64,000 bases of DNA from an uncultured Gammaproteobacteria bacterium (GTDB lineage Bacteria; Pseudomonadota; Gammaproteobacteria; JABCZS01): the NCBI GenBank assembly GCA_963848305.1, contig CAWKDC010000001.1, positions 256,001-320,000 on the forward strand, given 5' to 3'. Positions 41,101-49,861 of the stretch are shown piece after piece (position 1 is the first letter of the stretch; every line of letters begins with the position of its first letter). A program made the translations under genes and the position numbers. Below the pieces are notes generated by a model. That model ran no database searches, had not been told where the DNA came from, and saw nothing but the letters and a program-made list of their open reading frames with translations.

Positions 41101-41488
41101 TACTTATATGCCAGATGTTCATACTCGTCTCATCTTTTACAAACGACTTGCATCCTGTCCGGATAACGAGACCACTGATGAACTGCAAATTGAAATGATA
41201 GATCGCTTTGGTTTATTGCCTCAACCTTTGAAAAATCTTTTCATGATCACCAAAATGCGTTTGACCGCACAAAAAATAGGTGTGCGTAAAATTGAAATTG
41301 GCAATGAAGGAGGATATATTGAGTTTGGCCAAAACCCTCAGCTGAATACTTCATTTTTACTGACACTTATTCAGACAAAACCCAAACAATATCGATTGAA
41401 AGGAAACAAAGCATTATATTTAACCTACCCGATCCCAGAGACAGATAGGATACGAACCGTTCAGGCATTATTATTTGATTTGCAATAA
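38120..41488 (+). CDS. mfd: Transcription-repair coupling factor
   Basis: LPDWETLPYD, CGDVGFGKTEVA, DEEHRFG, TATPIPRT, QLRGRVGR and a TRCF C-terminus. Confidence 0.97.
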   Translation: MIYTYPAAVLGLKLSELIAQANAPILVIVEESTSLQRIQDECHFYLGHNFPMMVLPDWETLPYDHFSPHEDIISARLKVMSTLPQLTKGVVFTTASTLMHRLPPVDFVSAHSHVYRQGEKLNIIPFRERLQSAGYRAVNQVYQHGEYALRGSILDLYPMGSSRPIRIDLFDDDIDTIRFFDPETQRSDAPIDAFELLPAHEFLLTDEATSQFRSAWRARFSGDPMQCRVYESISKGQAPAGIEYYLPLFFNQTTSLVDFLPQNGLIIKINDLAKRCDDYFRETEKRYEQYSHDMSMPILKPCEIIFSTSALLAQVNSRKSIHLKSGNDETGKYSILPDLKLEHQKQYPLQKLSDFLLQYSKDKILFSAESKGRRETLHETLKPLSLHLTDIQHWDDFVNAPIGRYISAAPIEQGYIDNQNHLLVITEQDLLGEHVRQTRTKGTKTSSEWVIKNLVELKVGESVVHETHGIGRYLGLKTLTIDGVPGEFLQLEYANQDKIYVPIQKLGLISRYGGLDSDHAPLTRLGTKQWDNAKRAAIEKIRDTAAELLNIYALRKAKSGFAHKPLDDTYLAFANSFPFEETADQSRAIQEMITDMLSPQPMDRLICGDVGFGKTEVAMRAAFIAAHSGKQVAILVPTTLLAEQHYESFKDRFADFPITIYSLSRFSSEKEKLKTIDQIKEGKADIVIGTHALLNHLSDFKELGLIIIDEEHRFGVRQKEKMKSIRSSIDVLTLTATPIPRTLNMAMHTIRDLSIIASPPKRRLSVKTFVREFDEQIVKEAILREVLRGGQVYYLHNKVETIERTADMLRRWVPDAKIELAHGQMRERDLEKTMADFHHQRFNVLVCTTIIETGIDIPTANTIIIERADMFGLAQLHQLRGRVGRSHHQAYAYLFTPQEKEITSDAEKRLTAIESLEDLGAGFMLATHDLEIRGAGEILGEEQSGHMQSIGFTLYTELLERAVESIKSGKEISAESLEKEEIEINLRIPALIPDTYMPDVHTRLIFYKRLASCPDNETTDELQIEMIDRFGLLPQPLKNLFMITKMRLTAQKIGVRKIEIGNEGGYIEFGQNPQLNTSFLLTLIQTKPKQYRLKGNKALYLTYPIPETDRIRTVQALLFDLQ

Positions 41489-41585
41489 ATGACCTATTAA
41501 CAATCTATACTTTCTGCTTCGATGCACATTTCCCCACCCCATGCTACACTCCAAATGAGCCCTTGTTGTTTTTGGGGAGTATTTT

Positions 41586-41903
41586 ATGCCAGTCCTATGG
41601 TCGTATGGTCGTAAAACGCATCTGTCACCTGCAGAAGTGGATGAATTTATTTCAAAAATTCCTCCTAACGTCAATCCGATATTTTATCTGATGAATGAAT
41701 CGTCTGCGCTCAACAAGTATGATGTTCTTTCGGCTCGTTTGCAAATTATTCAGGTGCTGCTAGAAAGGAACCCAGCATTGGCACATTCAACGAACGCGAT
41801 GGGAGATACCCCGCTGACCTTAGCAAAAGAATCCGGCCAAACAGCCCTGATTAACCTATTAACAGATATAGGAAATAAGCAAAATCGTCCATCAATGCTA
41901 TAA
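41586..41903 (+). CDS. Small ankyrin-repeat protein
   Basis: IIQVLLE...NAMGDTPLTLAKESGQTALINLL. Confidence 0.65.
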   Translation: MPVLWSYGRKTHLSPAEVDEFISKIPPNVNPIFYLMNESSALNKYDVLSARLQIIQVLLERNPALAHSTNAMGDTPLTLAKESGQTALINLLTDIGNKQNRPSML

Positions 41904-41910
41904 TTTTTGA

Positions 41911-43654
41911 ATGGCGAAACAGCAACACTATCATTTTCCCTCTCTGCCGGCATCCTATAGGCCAAATCTATGGGATTTGATGATTTTCGTCCTTATTTTT
42001 TCATTATTTGTTTTGTTAGCCCAATCTGCAGCCAAAATGGCCATGCCCTATCATTTGGGTGAAATACTGCCCATTAACTTGGATCCAAGCGCCCTTCCCG
42101 AGTACGCATTACGGACTGTATTGCGTATGTTTTTTGCCATGATATTGTCTCTCCTCTTCAGTTTGGGAGCAGGATTATTAGCAGCAAAATCTCGATATGC
42201 CGAACGAATCATTATACCCGCGATTGATATTTTACAATCCATTCCCATTTTGGGATATTTATCGATCACTGTGGTTGGATTTATTTGGCTTTTTCCAAAC
42301 AGTTTGCTCGGGCCCTGAATGTGCAGCGATATTCGCCATTTTTACCTCCCAAGCGTGGAATACAGCGTTGAGTGTTTATCAATCCATTAAAACCGTACCA
42401 CTCGATCTCTGTGAAGCCGCAGACATTTATCGTTTATCACCTTGGCAACGATTTTGGCGTTTAGAAATGCCCTACGCAACACCTCCGCTGTTGTGGAATA
42501 TGATGATGTCAATGTCTGCCGGTTGGTTTTTTGTGGTTGCTGCTGAAGCAATCACTGTCTCTAATCAACAAATATATTTACCAGGAATAGGTTCGTACAT
42601 TGGCGCAGCCATCAATGAAGCTAATATCCAGGCCGTTTTTTATGCAATTCTCGCTATGTTTATTGTGATCATCATATATGATCAGATTATTTTTCGCCCC
42701 TTAATCAAATGGTCTGAAAAATTTAAAACAGATGAAAATACGATGGAGCACGCCGCTTCATCTTGGGTGTATTCGATGTTTACGAGAAGCCGATTATTTC
42801 AGAAATTCGGCATAGGTTTGTCTATCATCAGTGATGCTCTTATCAATATGCCTATTTTTATCAGGCAAAAAGAATCATATAAAACAGAAAAACTACAGCG
42901 ATCAAGCTCAATATTCTTTACCTTCCTTGGCATTGCAGCACCACTCTCCGTGATCTTAATTGGCTTCTATGGAATGAGTCACTATATTTTAGAAACCATC
43001 TCCTATCAAGAAATAAGCTATGTCTTTCAATTGGGGGGAGTCACTGCCCTCCGTGTTTTTTCGTTAGTCATCATTTCATCCATTATATGGGTGCCGATAG
43101 GTGTTTGGATCGGCATGCGACCCCGCATTCGTCAAATTGTACAACCGATTGCGCAATTCATGGCAGCCTTCCCAGCAAATTTATTATTTCCTATTTTCGT
43201 GATCTACATTGTTAAATATCATTTGGATGTCAATATTTGGTCTTCTCCGCTGATGATCATTGGGACTCAGTGGTATATTTTATTCAATGTGATTGCGGGC
43301 GCTGCGAGCATTCCTGGCGATTTATATGACATGAGTGAAAATTTCGGCTTAAAGGGTTGGCTATGGTGGAAACGACTGGCACTGCCTGCCATTGCACCAC
43401 TTTATGTGACTGGTGCATTAACAGCTGCAGGCGGTGCATGGAATGCGAGCATTGTTGCTGAAGTGATCAGTTGGGGAAACACAAAATTAGTCGCGACAGG
43501 TCTTGGCGCTTATATTACAGAATATACCACCAGTGGCGACTTTCATAGAATTTTACTCGGGATTGGCGTGATGAGTATTTATGTTGTCACGTTCAACATC
43601 TTATTCTGGCAACGCTTATATACTTACACTCAAAAACGGTTTCGCGGAAATTAG
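41911..43654 (+). CDS. ABC transporter permease (NitT/TauT type, two-domain), frameshifted near 42315
   Basis: IPAIDILQSIPILGYL..LLGP continues ECAAIFAIFTSQAWN after removing one base. Confidence 0.85.
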
Positions 43655-43662
43655 GAGCAGCA

Positions 43663-44967
43663 ATGAATACTTCCATCATCAAATGTCATAACATCTGCAA
43701 ATCTTTTCCAAAGCCAAATGACAAGCCTTTGTTGGTTTTGAATAATATCGAATTAGAATTGTACCAAGGCGAAATTGTCGCATTACTCGGAAAATCAGGC
43801 TCTGGAAAATCTACCTTACTTCGGGTCATCGCAGGTTTGATTCCTCCTTCAAGCGGTGATGTCTATTATCGTGGACAACCGATTAAGGGCCCTGTGCCAG
43901 GCATCAGCATGGTATTTCAACATTTTGCGTTGATGCCATGGTTAACGGTATTACAGAATGTTGAATTAGGATTAGAAGCACAAGGTGTTCCACGTGAAGA
44001 GCGCAGGCAACGCGCCTTGAAAGCCATTGACATGATTGGGCTGGACGGATTTGAATCAGCTTTCCCAAAGGAATTGTCCGGCGGCATGAGACAGCGTGTT
44101 GGATTCGCACGTGCCTTGGTTGTCAATCCTGATTTGCTTTTAATGGATGAACCATTTTCAGCATTGGATGTGCTGACAGCTGAAAACTTGCAATCAGATT
44201 TGCTTGATCTATGGAATGAAAAGAAAACACCGATGAAATCCATTTTATTGGTCACACATGATATCACTGAAGCCGCAACAATGGCTGACCGTATTATTAT
44301 TTTCAACAGTGATCCTGCTTCTATTCGCGCGGAACTTGACGTCGATTTTCCGCATCCACGAAATCCACAAGATCCTAAAATGCGTGAACTGATCGACGAA
44401 ATTTATACCATGATGACATCTCCTGAGAAGGACGTCAGTCGTGTTGCATTTGGACCTTATCAGCATAAAACCATTGAGATAGGCTATCCATTGCCTGATG
44501 TTGAAGTCTCGACACTCACTGGATTGATTGAAGAACTCGCCTTCGCGAATCATGAAGGGGCTTATCACTTGCAAGATCTGAGTGATTCACTTAAAATGGA
44601 CATCGAAGATCTATTCCCCATCATTGAAATGCTCGATATTCTTCATTTCGCACAAATCACGGACGGTAATATCGCACTGACTAAAGCGGGGTCTGATTTT
44701 GCTGATGCCGATATTTTAAGCAAAAAGGAAGCATTTGCCAACCATTTGATGCGATTTGTTCCCCTTGCAAAGTATATCCAAGATGCCATTGATGACGCAC
44801 CAAATCATCGTATTAAAGAGGAAGATATTCTTAACAAACTTCAACAATATTTAGATTCGAAAAAAGCTAAGCGTGCCATGTCCACGATTATTGACTGGGG
44901 ACGTTATGCAGAGATATTTGCATATAACGTAAATAACAGAATGCTTAGTTTCGATAACCCTGATTAG
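43663..44967 (+). CDS. ABC transporter ATP-binding protein with C-terminal AAA-associated domain
   Basis: GKSGSGKST, LSGGMRQR, LLMDEPF and IDWGRYAEIF. Confidence 0.92.
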   Translation: MNTSIIKCHNICKSFPKPNDKPLLVLNNIELELYQGEIVALLGKSGSGKSTLLRVIAGLIPPSSGDVYYRGQPIKGPVPGISMVFQHFALMPWLTVLQNVELGLEAQGVPREERRQRALKAIDMIGLDGFESAFPKELSGGMRQRVGFARALVVNPDLLLMDEPFSALDVLTAENLQSDLLDLWNEKKTPMKSILLVTHDITEAATMADRIIIFNSDPASIRAELDVDFPHPRNPQDPKMRELIDEIYTMMTSPEKDVSRVAFGPYQHKTIEIGYPLPDVEVSTLTGLIEELAFANHEGAYHLQDLSDSLKMDIEDLFPIIEMLDILHFAQITDGNIALTKAGSDFADADILSKKEAFANHLMRFVPLAKYIQDAIDDAPNHRIKEEDILNKLQQYLDSKKAKRAMSTIIDWGRYAEIFAYNVNNRMLSFDNPD

Positions 44968-44991
44968 TTTGTAAACGTGAAAAATGCACCC

Positions 44992-45705
44992 CTACACTTT
45001 GATGATCACACTCATGACAAACGCTAATATATTCATCATGGTCCAAAACAATACCATGGCAGACGGAAAGGGATAAAACAAAACCAGAAAAACAATGGCC
45101 ATCGCATATAAAAAGTATTTTTCGTTTGTCTTTTTCATCAAAAAGGTTGATAACATTGAGACGGCTGTCATCACAAAAGGCAAGATAGGATCAGGCAAGG
45201 ACAGATCCTCTATCCAAAGAAGTGAAGCCCCCTCCAACTCAGGCATTTTCCACAAGACATTAAAAATGGCGACCTGAATAGGTAATTGCACAGCAGGGCC
45301 AATCATGGGTTTCATGCCATAAAAAGGGGTGATACCTAATTCTTTGTATTCAGCCATGATGAGATGATGTGCTTCTTCCCCATCGTATTGTTTTTTGATC
45401 TCGTGAAGCTTCGATTTTAAAATCGCTGCATAGTGATCGTTCGTGCGTTGCATCTTTTCGACCCAGAATTGTAGCGGTAAAAAAATGACTTTAAAAATAA
45501 TTGCCAAAACAATAATAGCAATACCCCAATGATTCCTGAGTAATCCGCCTAATACGATAAAAGCCGTTTCAATAGCGCGACACACCACAGCCAACCATGG
45601 CCACAAATAATCATATTGCGCTGAGGATTGCACCAAATCATTCGCTTGAGCAACACCTGAAAAAATCAAGTAAAAAAATAAAGTCAAAAAAGCTATTGGT
45701 CGCAT
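44992..45705 (-). CDS. Short YidC/Oxa1-family insertase paralog
   Basis: WGIAII..., YKELGITP, QLPI, LWIEDLSLPD and PSAMVLFW. Lacks the large periplasmic domain. Confidence 0.8.
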   Translation of the reverse strand: MRPIAFLTLFFYLIFSGVAQANDLVQSSAQYDYLWPWLAVVCRAIETAFIVLGGLLRNHWGIAIIVLAIIFKVIFLPLQFWVEKMQRTNDHYAAILKSKLHEIKKQYDGEEAHHLIMAEYKELGITPFYGMKPMIGPAVQLPIQVAIFNVLWKMPELEGASLLWIEDLSLPDPILPFVMTAVSMLSTFLMKKTNEKYFLYAMAIVFLVLFYPFPSAMVLFWTMMNILAFVMSVIIKV

Positions 45706-47387
45706 GAAATACCACCCAAATCCGAACATTTTAAAATCCAATCTTGTGGATTACGTACATCACCATCAATCGTATATATTGTCAAAGGTGGAAGCTTACT
45801 GTCTCCCCAATAGGTTTCATCAAACTCATAGAAAATGAACTCTCTTACCCTTTTGTCAGTTTCTTGTAGTGCGATTATATTTTTACCGTTATTTAATAGT
45901 GGCATTTTCATGGCAGCCAATATTGTATTCGGGATATCATTGAGTGAGACAGGTGCATTCGATGTGCGCATAGGCCCAGCTGAATGAAATGGTTTGATAA
46001 AAAGTGTCGCGAGTGCAGTTGAATAATGTTTCTGACTGATTGGAGTCTGTATCAAATTTTGTTTCTGCGATTCAGATAGATAGTTTGAGCCATGATCAGA
46101 TGAAATGATGATCAACGAATTATCATAAATATCCGCTTTTTTCAGATTTTCCAACAATGAATCAATATGATTGAAAGCACATTGGGCCTGGTCTGTTTTA
46201 CCAATCAAACCTCTTCGAGAGGCCTTTGTGATACGCAATTCACAATCCTTACCAAGGACAGCTGGACTGTGGGTGATCATCGAATGATAAAATTTATAGG
46301 TTGGGTTGATATCGTCAACTGAGAATTGATCATTAAAATATTGAAATGCCAAATGATTCAAGCCGCCGAGTGTTGTTTCATGGCTCGGATTGACGAAATA
46401 TCGCCTGATTATCCAGTGGTCATCATGGTAAATGACAGGTTTAAGTATGTCAGGCACTGCTTTGAAAAGGCTATAATCGAGAAGTAAAAACGCGCTCTTA
46501 TCCGGGGATAGCTCTGGTTGCGAGATACAATTTTTAATGTGGGATTTATTGCAGTAATAACCCATTGTATATATCGAAGTTGAAAAATTACTCTGCTCTA
46601 ATTGCGTCGTCAGTGGATTATGACTAAGGACATCATCGAGGAACTGATTTTTATCACCATTGTTCTTATAAACCTCACCAGTCAACATCGCTGGAATAGC
46701 CATGTTAGTTGAGCGATAATTAGACGTTGTATTTGGAAAAAAGATAAATCCAGACAAATGTTGAATGAACGATGGATCAGTTTCAATCAAATGCTCAATC
46801 ACAGTTGACTGTTGCTCATCAAGCACAATGTGGATAATATTTTGGTGTTTTGAAAATGTGGCAAAGTCCTCTGGCATAAAGTTTGATTGATACTGACGCC
46901 TGTTGAGTTTATCTATATTGTTGATAACTTGAAATCCAGTGAATATCATGACTGCGCATAACAAACCCGTCACTGCCTGATACATCACGAAGTGTATCTT
47001 TTTGCAAAAGATAATGGCAGATATTAGCATAATAATCCAAATGGAAGCTTGAACAATTGATTTGACTGAAAATGGCTCAATCGACAACCCGCGGCCATCA
47101 AATGCGCCATAACTACCGAAGAGAAAATTTGCTGTTATCCAGCATAGTACTGCAAACATCGCTAAAAAAGCAAAATAGCGATCTCGAAATCCTGAATAAG
47201 GAATGATGGCAGGCAAAAAGGCCATGAGAAAGAGAATTACAAATGAAATACCCAATGTATAACAAAGTGATTTTAAGGGGATGGAAAACTCGTCTATATT
47301 ATTTATATAGATATCTACAGGCATCTGTATGCAAATCACAAATGCCAAGAATAAGCCTGCTGAAATAATAGGCAATATTTTTCTCAT
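45693..47387 (-). CDS. Membrane-anchored sulfatase/alkaline-phosphatase-superfamily transferase (LtaS/EptA-like)
   Basis: About 5 N-terminal TM helices. NIIHIVLDE, NYRSTNMAIPAMLTG (candidate Thr nucleophile), THSP and SSDHG. Confidence 0.75.
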   Translation of the reverse strand: MRKILPIISAGLFLAFVICIQMPVDIYINNIDEFSIPLKSLCYTLGISFVILFLMAFLPAIIPYSGFRDRYFAFLAMFAVLCWITANFLFGSYGAFDGRGLSIEPFSVKSIVQASIWIIMLISAIIFCKKIHFVMYQAVTGLLCAVMIFTGFQVINNIDKLNRRQYQSNFMPEDFATFSKHQNIIHIVLDEQQSTVIEHLIETDPSFIQHLSGFIFFPNTTSNYRSTNMAIPAMLTGEVYKNNGDKNQFLDDVLSHNPLTTQLEQSNFSTSIYTMGYYCNKSHIKNCISQPELSPDKSAFLLLDYSLFKAVPDILKPVIYHDDHWIIRRYFVNPSHETTLGGLNHLAFQYFNDQFSVDDINPTYKFYHSMITHSPAVLGKDCELRITKASRRGLIGKTDQAQCAFNHIDSLLENLKKADIYDNSLIIISSDHGSNYLSESQKQNLIQTPISQKHYSTALATLFIKPFHSAGPMRTSNAPVSLNDIPNTILAAMKMPLLNNGKNIIALQETDKRVREFIFYEFDETYWGDSKLPPLTIYTIDGDVRNPQDWILKCSDLGGISCDQ

Positions 47388-48505
47388 GTGAGTATCTCCA
47401 GTAAGGCGCGAGCACCTTTTTGGCCGCTTTGATGGATGTTGAATACATGAGATTCACGCATGATAGTCATTTTTTCTACCAAATGATTGTTGATAAGCAA
47501 CCTTTCTACATATTCTGTCAGCGCATTGAGTTTATCCAATGGGACAATTTCTCCGATTCTTTCGCGTATAAAATCTTCGAACGGAACAATGGCCAGATCA
47601 GTGTATCTCGGATTATTGATCTTCCTTTCTATATCTAAAAAAAGCACAGGTTTACCAAGACCGAAAGCATAATCCAGTGCCGCGCCAGACCAATCACTGA
47701 TCATCAACGATGAAAGATGCAATGATGATTGATCAGCCATATTGGTTTCAAATGAAAATAATAGATTACTGGCATATTTCTCTTTAATCTTTTTTAGAAT
47801 TCCGGAAGAAAACTTGACAGTTTGGGGATGCGGACGCAATGTGACTTTATAACCATGCTTCAGCAACTGCCCAATCACTTGATCACCTATAGTTTCTATC
47901 ATGCCATGCTGCCCCCACGAGGGGGCAATCAATATATGCTTTGGTTCTGGCATAATGTTGTGTGATTGTGCATTTGCTAAAATAGCATCTAGCCTTCCAT
48001 AGCCATGTTCAACTAATTTTTTTGGCTTCAACTGATGCAGTTTTTCCAAAGTGCGAATTTCATCAACATGATGAGGACCTGCGCAAAAAATAGTATCAAA
48101 ATGATCGAAAGCACCAGGACGGTACACCATATGGCAGCTAACCAATGCATGATGAACATAAACATAGTGAACAGGGTATCGGGAGCGTTTAACTTGAAAA
48201 TTGTCTAAATCAGGCATCGTCATGATCATGACATCTGTATCAATATTAGAGAATAACCAGTTCCTGAGAAATCCTTCGTCCAAGTAAAAAATGGTCAGGT
48301 TTGGATGATCAACCTCAAATGCGGGATCATCTAATCCTGACGTGATATAGCAAACAGGAATATCACTTAGGATCAAAAATGATCTTAATAGGCTTTCCAA
48401 GTGCGGCCAATTTGATTTCCCCTCGGAATAAAAAACAATGCGACGCCTAGATTTAGGCAATTGCATGAATGTCGCTATATCAAAGATTGATCGAAAAAAA
48501 CTCAC
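47384..48505 (-). CDS. CDP-glycerol glycerophosphotransferase (TagF-like) family protein
   Basis: GYGRLD, ILIAPSWG, LRPHP and MISDWSGAALDY. Confidence 0.8.
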   Translation of the reverse strand: MSFFRSIFDIATFMQLPKSRRRIVFYSEGKSNWPHLESLLRSFLILSDIPVCYITSGLDDPAFEVDHPNLTIFYLDEGFLRNWLFSNIDTDVMIMTMPDLDNFQVKRSRYPVHYVYVHHALVSCHMVYRPGAFDHFDTIFCAGPHHVDEIRTLEKLHQLKPKKLVEHGYGRLDAILANAQSHNIMPEPKHILIAPSWGQHGMIETIGDQVIGQLLKHGYKVTLRPHPQTVKFSSGILKKIKEKYASNLLFSFETNMADQSSLHLSSLMISDWSGAALDYAFGLGKPVLFLDIERKINNPRYTDLAIVPFEDFIRERIGEIVPLDKLNALTEYVERLLINNHLVEKMTIMRESHVFNIHQSGQKGARALLEILT

Positions 48506-49262
48506 TTAAATCTCCTGAAGCATATAATTGCTCGTACAGTTTCAAATCATCGACAGAATCAACTTCTAGCCAGCCATTTTTAACAGGAATAGCTTTGATT
48601 TTCCATCCAGCATTTATCAATGATTGAAGAAAGCTTGTCATGTACATTTGATCAAATTGTTTACCGTCGTAAATTGCTTGTTTATCTAATCGTTCATAGA
48701 AATCGATCATTTCAGGGATTCGACCTGCTTTGATTTTGATCAACCCTGTGTATTGCCCTTGAATATCGTTGAATGATGCTGGTTTCTTACCGAGCTCTTT
48801 CACGAGACCATCCTCATCCATTTTAAATGATTCAGCGTCCGACAGCGGATCTTCAAATCGAAGTGACCAATAAGATTTCCAATCAATATCACACATAATG
48901 CTTATCTCAGCATCTGATGCAAGAATAGCTTTTAAATTTTCTGATTGATATATGATATCACCATAGGAAATCAGCAAATCATCCTCACCTTTCAAGTAAT
49001 CCATCGCTGAAAACAAAGTTGCAACCATATTGGTTGTTTCAAAATGCGGATTAACAGAACAAACATAGCCGTGATGCATTATCTGATCAGCGCAATACCC
49101 TCCCACAACATGGATATTTTTCACGCCACAGTCTTGCAAAACACCAGATTGCCAAGCCAAAAGAGATTTCCCTAAAAAAGGAACCAGGCACTTAGGTCGA
49201 TTATTTGTTAAAGGCCTTAATCGTGTCCCCTGCCCCGCTGCTAAAATAATCGCGCGTGTCAT
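48480..49262 (-). CDS. CTP:phosphoglutamine cytidylyltransferase-like (Cj1416/LicC family)
   Basis: AIILAAGQGTRL..LT..RPKCLV, TNMV, YGDIIY and WLEVDS. Confidence 0.85.
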   Translation of the reverse strand: MTRAIILAAGQGTRLRPLTNNRPKCLVPFLGKSLLAWQSGVLQDCGVKNIHVVGGYCADQIMHHGYVCSVNPHFETTNMVATLFSAMDYLKGEDDLLISYGDIIYQSENLKAILASDAEISIMCDIDWKSYWSLRFEDPLSDAESFKMDEDGLVKELGKKPASFNDIQGQYTGLIKIKAGRIPEMIDFYERLDKQAIYDGKQFDQMYMTSFLQSLINAGWKIKAIPVKNGWLEVDSVDDLKLYEQLYASGDLSEFFSINL

Positions 49263-49861
49263 GCTATTAATCTCCTGAGCAATGCGATGTCTTCTTCGCT
49301 TTTTGTCGATTCACGCTCTGGGTGCCACATGATACCTGTAATATTGTATTCAGGATGAATAAAAGCTTCGATGGAACCATCCTTATGGATAGCTGTCGGC
49401 ACCAAGACCCTAGAAAGTTGTTCCGGGTACATTCCAAAGTCATGATAGCTATTGACGTCTCTTGCGTGATCCTCTGCCCACGCATTACTGAATAAAACTT
49501 CATGACGTGTGAGTTTATGTCCAGCCAGCTTAACAAGCGTACCGCCGAAATATCGATTCAATGTTTGCATGCCTCGACAAAATCCTACGATGGGAATATT
49601 TTTATTGATCGCCCAATCTATCAACGCAAACTCGAAAACATCTCGTGTCGCATCATCATCACCGCCTGTGAAAAAAATGGCTGAGAGATTTAATGATTCT
49701 GCATAGGGTGCTGCTAAAGACCCAGACAAAGTGGCTAAAGGAACAGGAAAAAAACCCAATGCCTCAGCTACTTGCCACCAGCGCCTGTCTAAACTGTCTC
49801 TTTGTTCATGGTATTGCTCTACCACTGTGACTCTTTGGGTGAATCCAATTTTTTTGCTCAT
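49259..49861 (-). CDS. Gamma-glutamyl-CDP-amidate hydrolase-like class I glutamine amidotransferase (Cj1417-like)
   Basis: IGFTQRV..EQRDSLD, GFCRGMQ, VNSYH and MWHPER. ATGA overlap with the upstream kinase. Confidence 0.85.
   Translation of the reverse strand: MSKKIGFTQRVTVVEQYHEQRDSLDRRWWQVAEALGFFPVPLATLSGSLAAPYAESLNLSAIFFTGGDDDATRDVFEFALIDWAINKNIPIVGFCRGMQTLNRYFGGTLVKLAGHKLTRHEVLFSNAWAEDHARDVNSYHDFGMYPEQLSRVLVPTAIHKDGSIEAFIHPEYNITGIMWHPERESTKSEEDIALLRRLIA

Noticed and set aside
41911-44967. ABC transporter lacking a substrate-binding protein as a novelty
   Set aside because: This two-gene permease plus AAA-associated ATPase arrangement is a recognised, widespread type.
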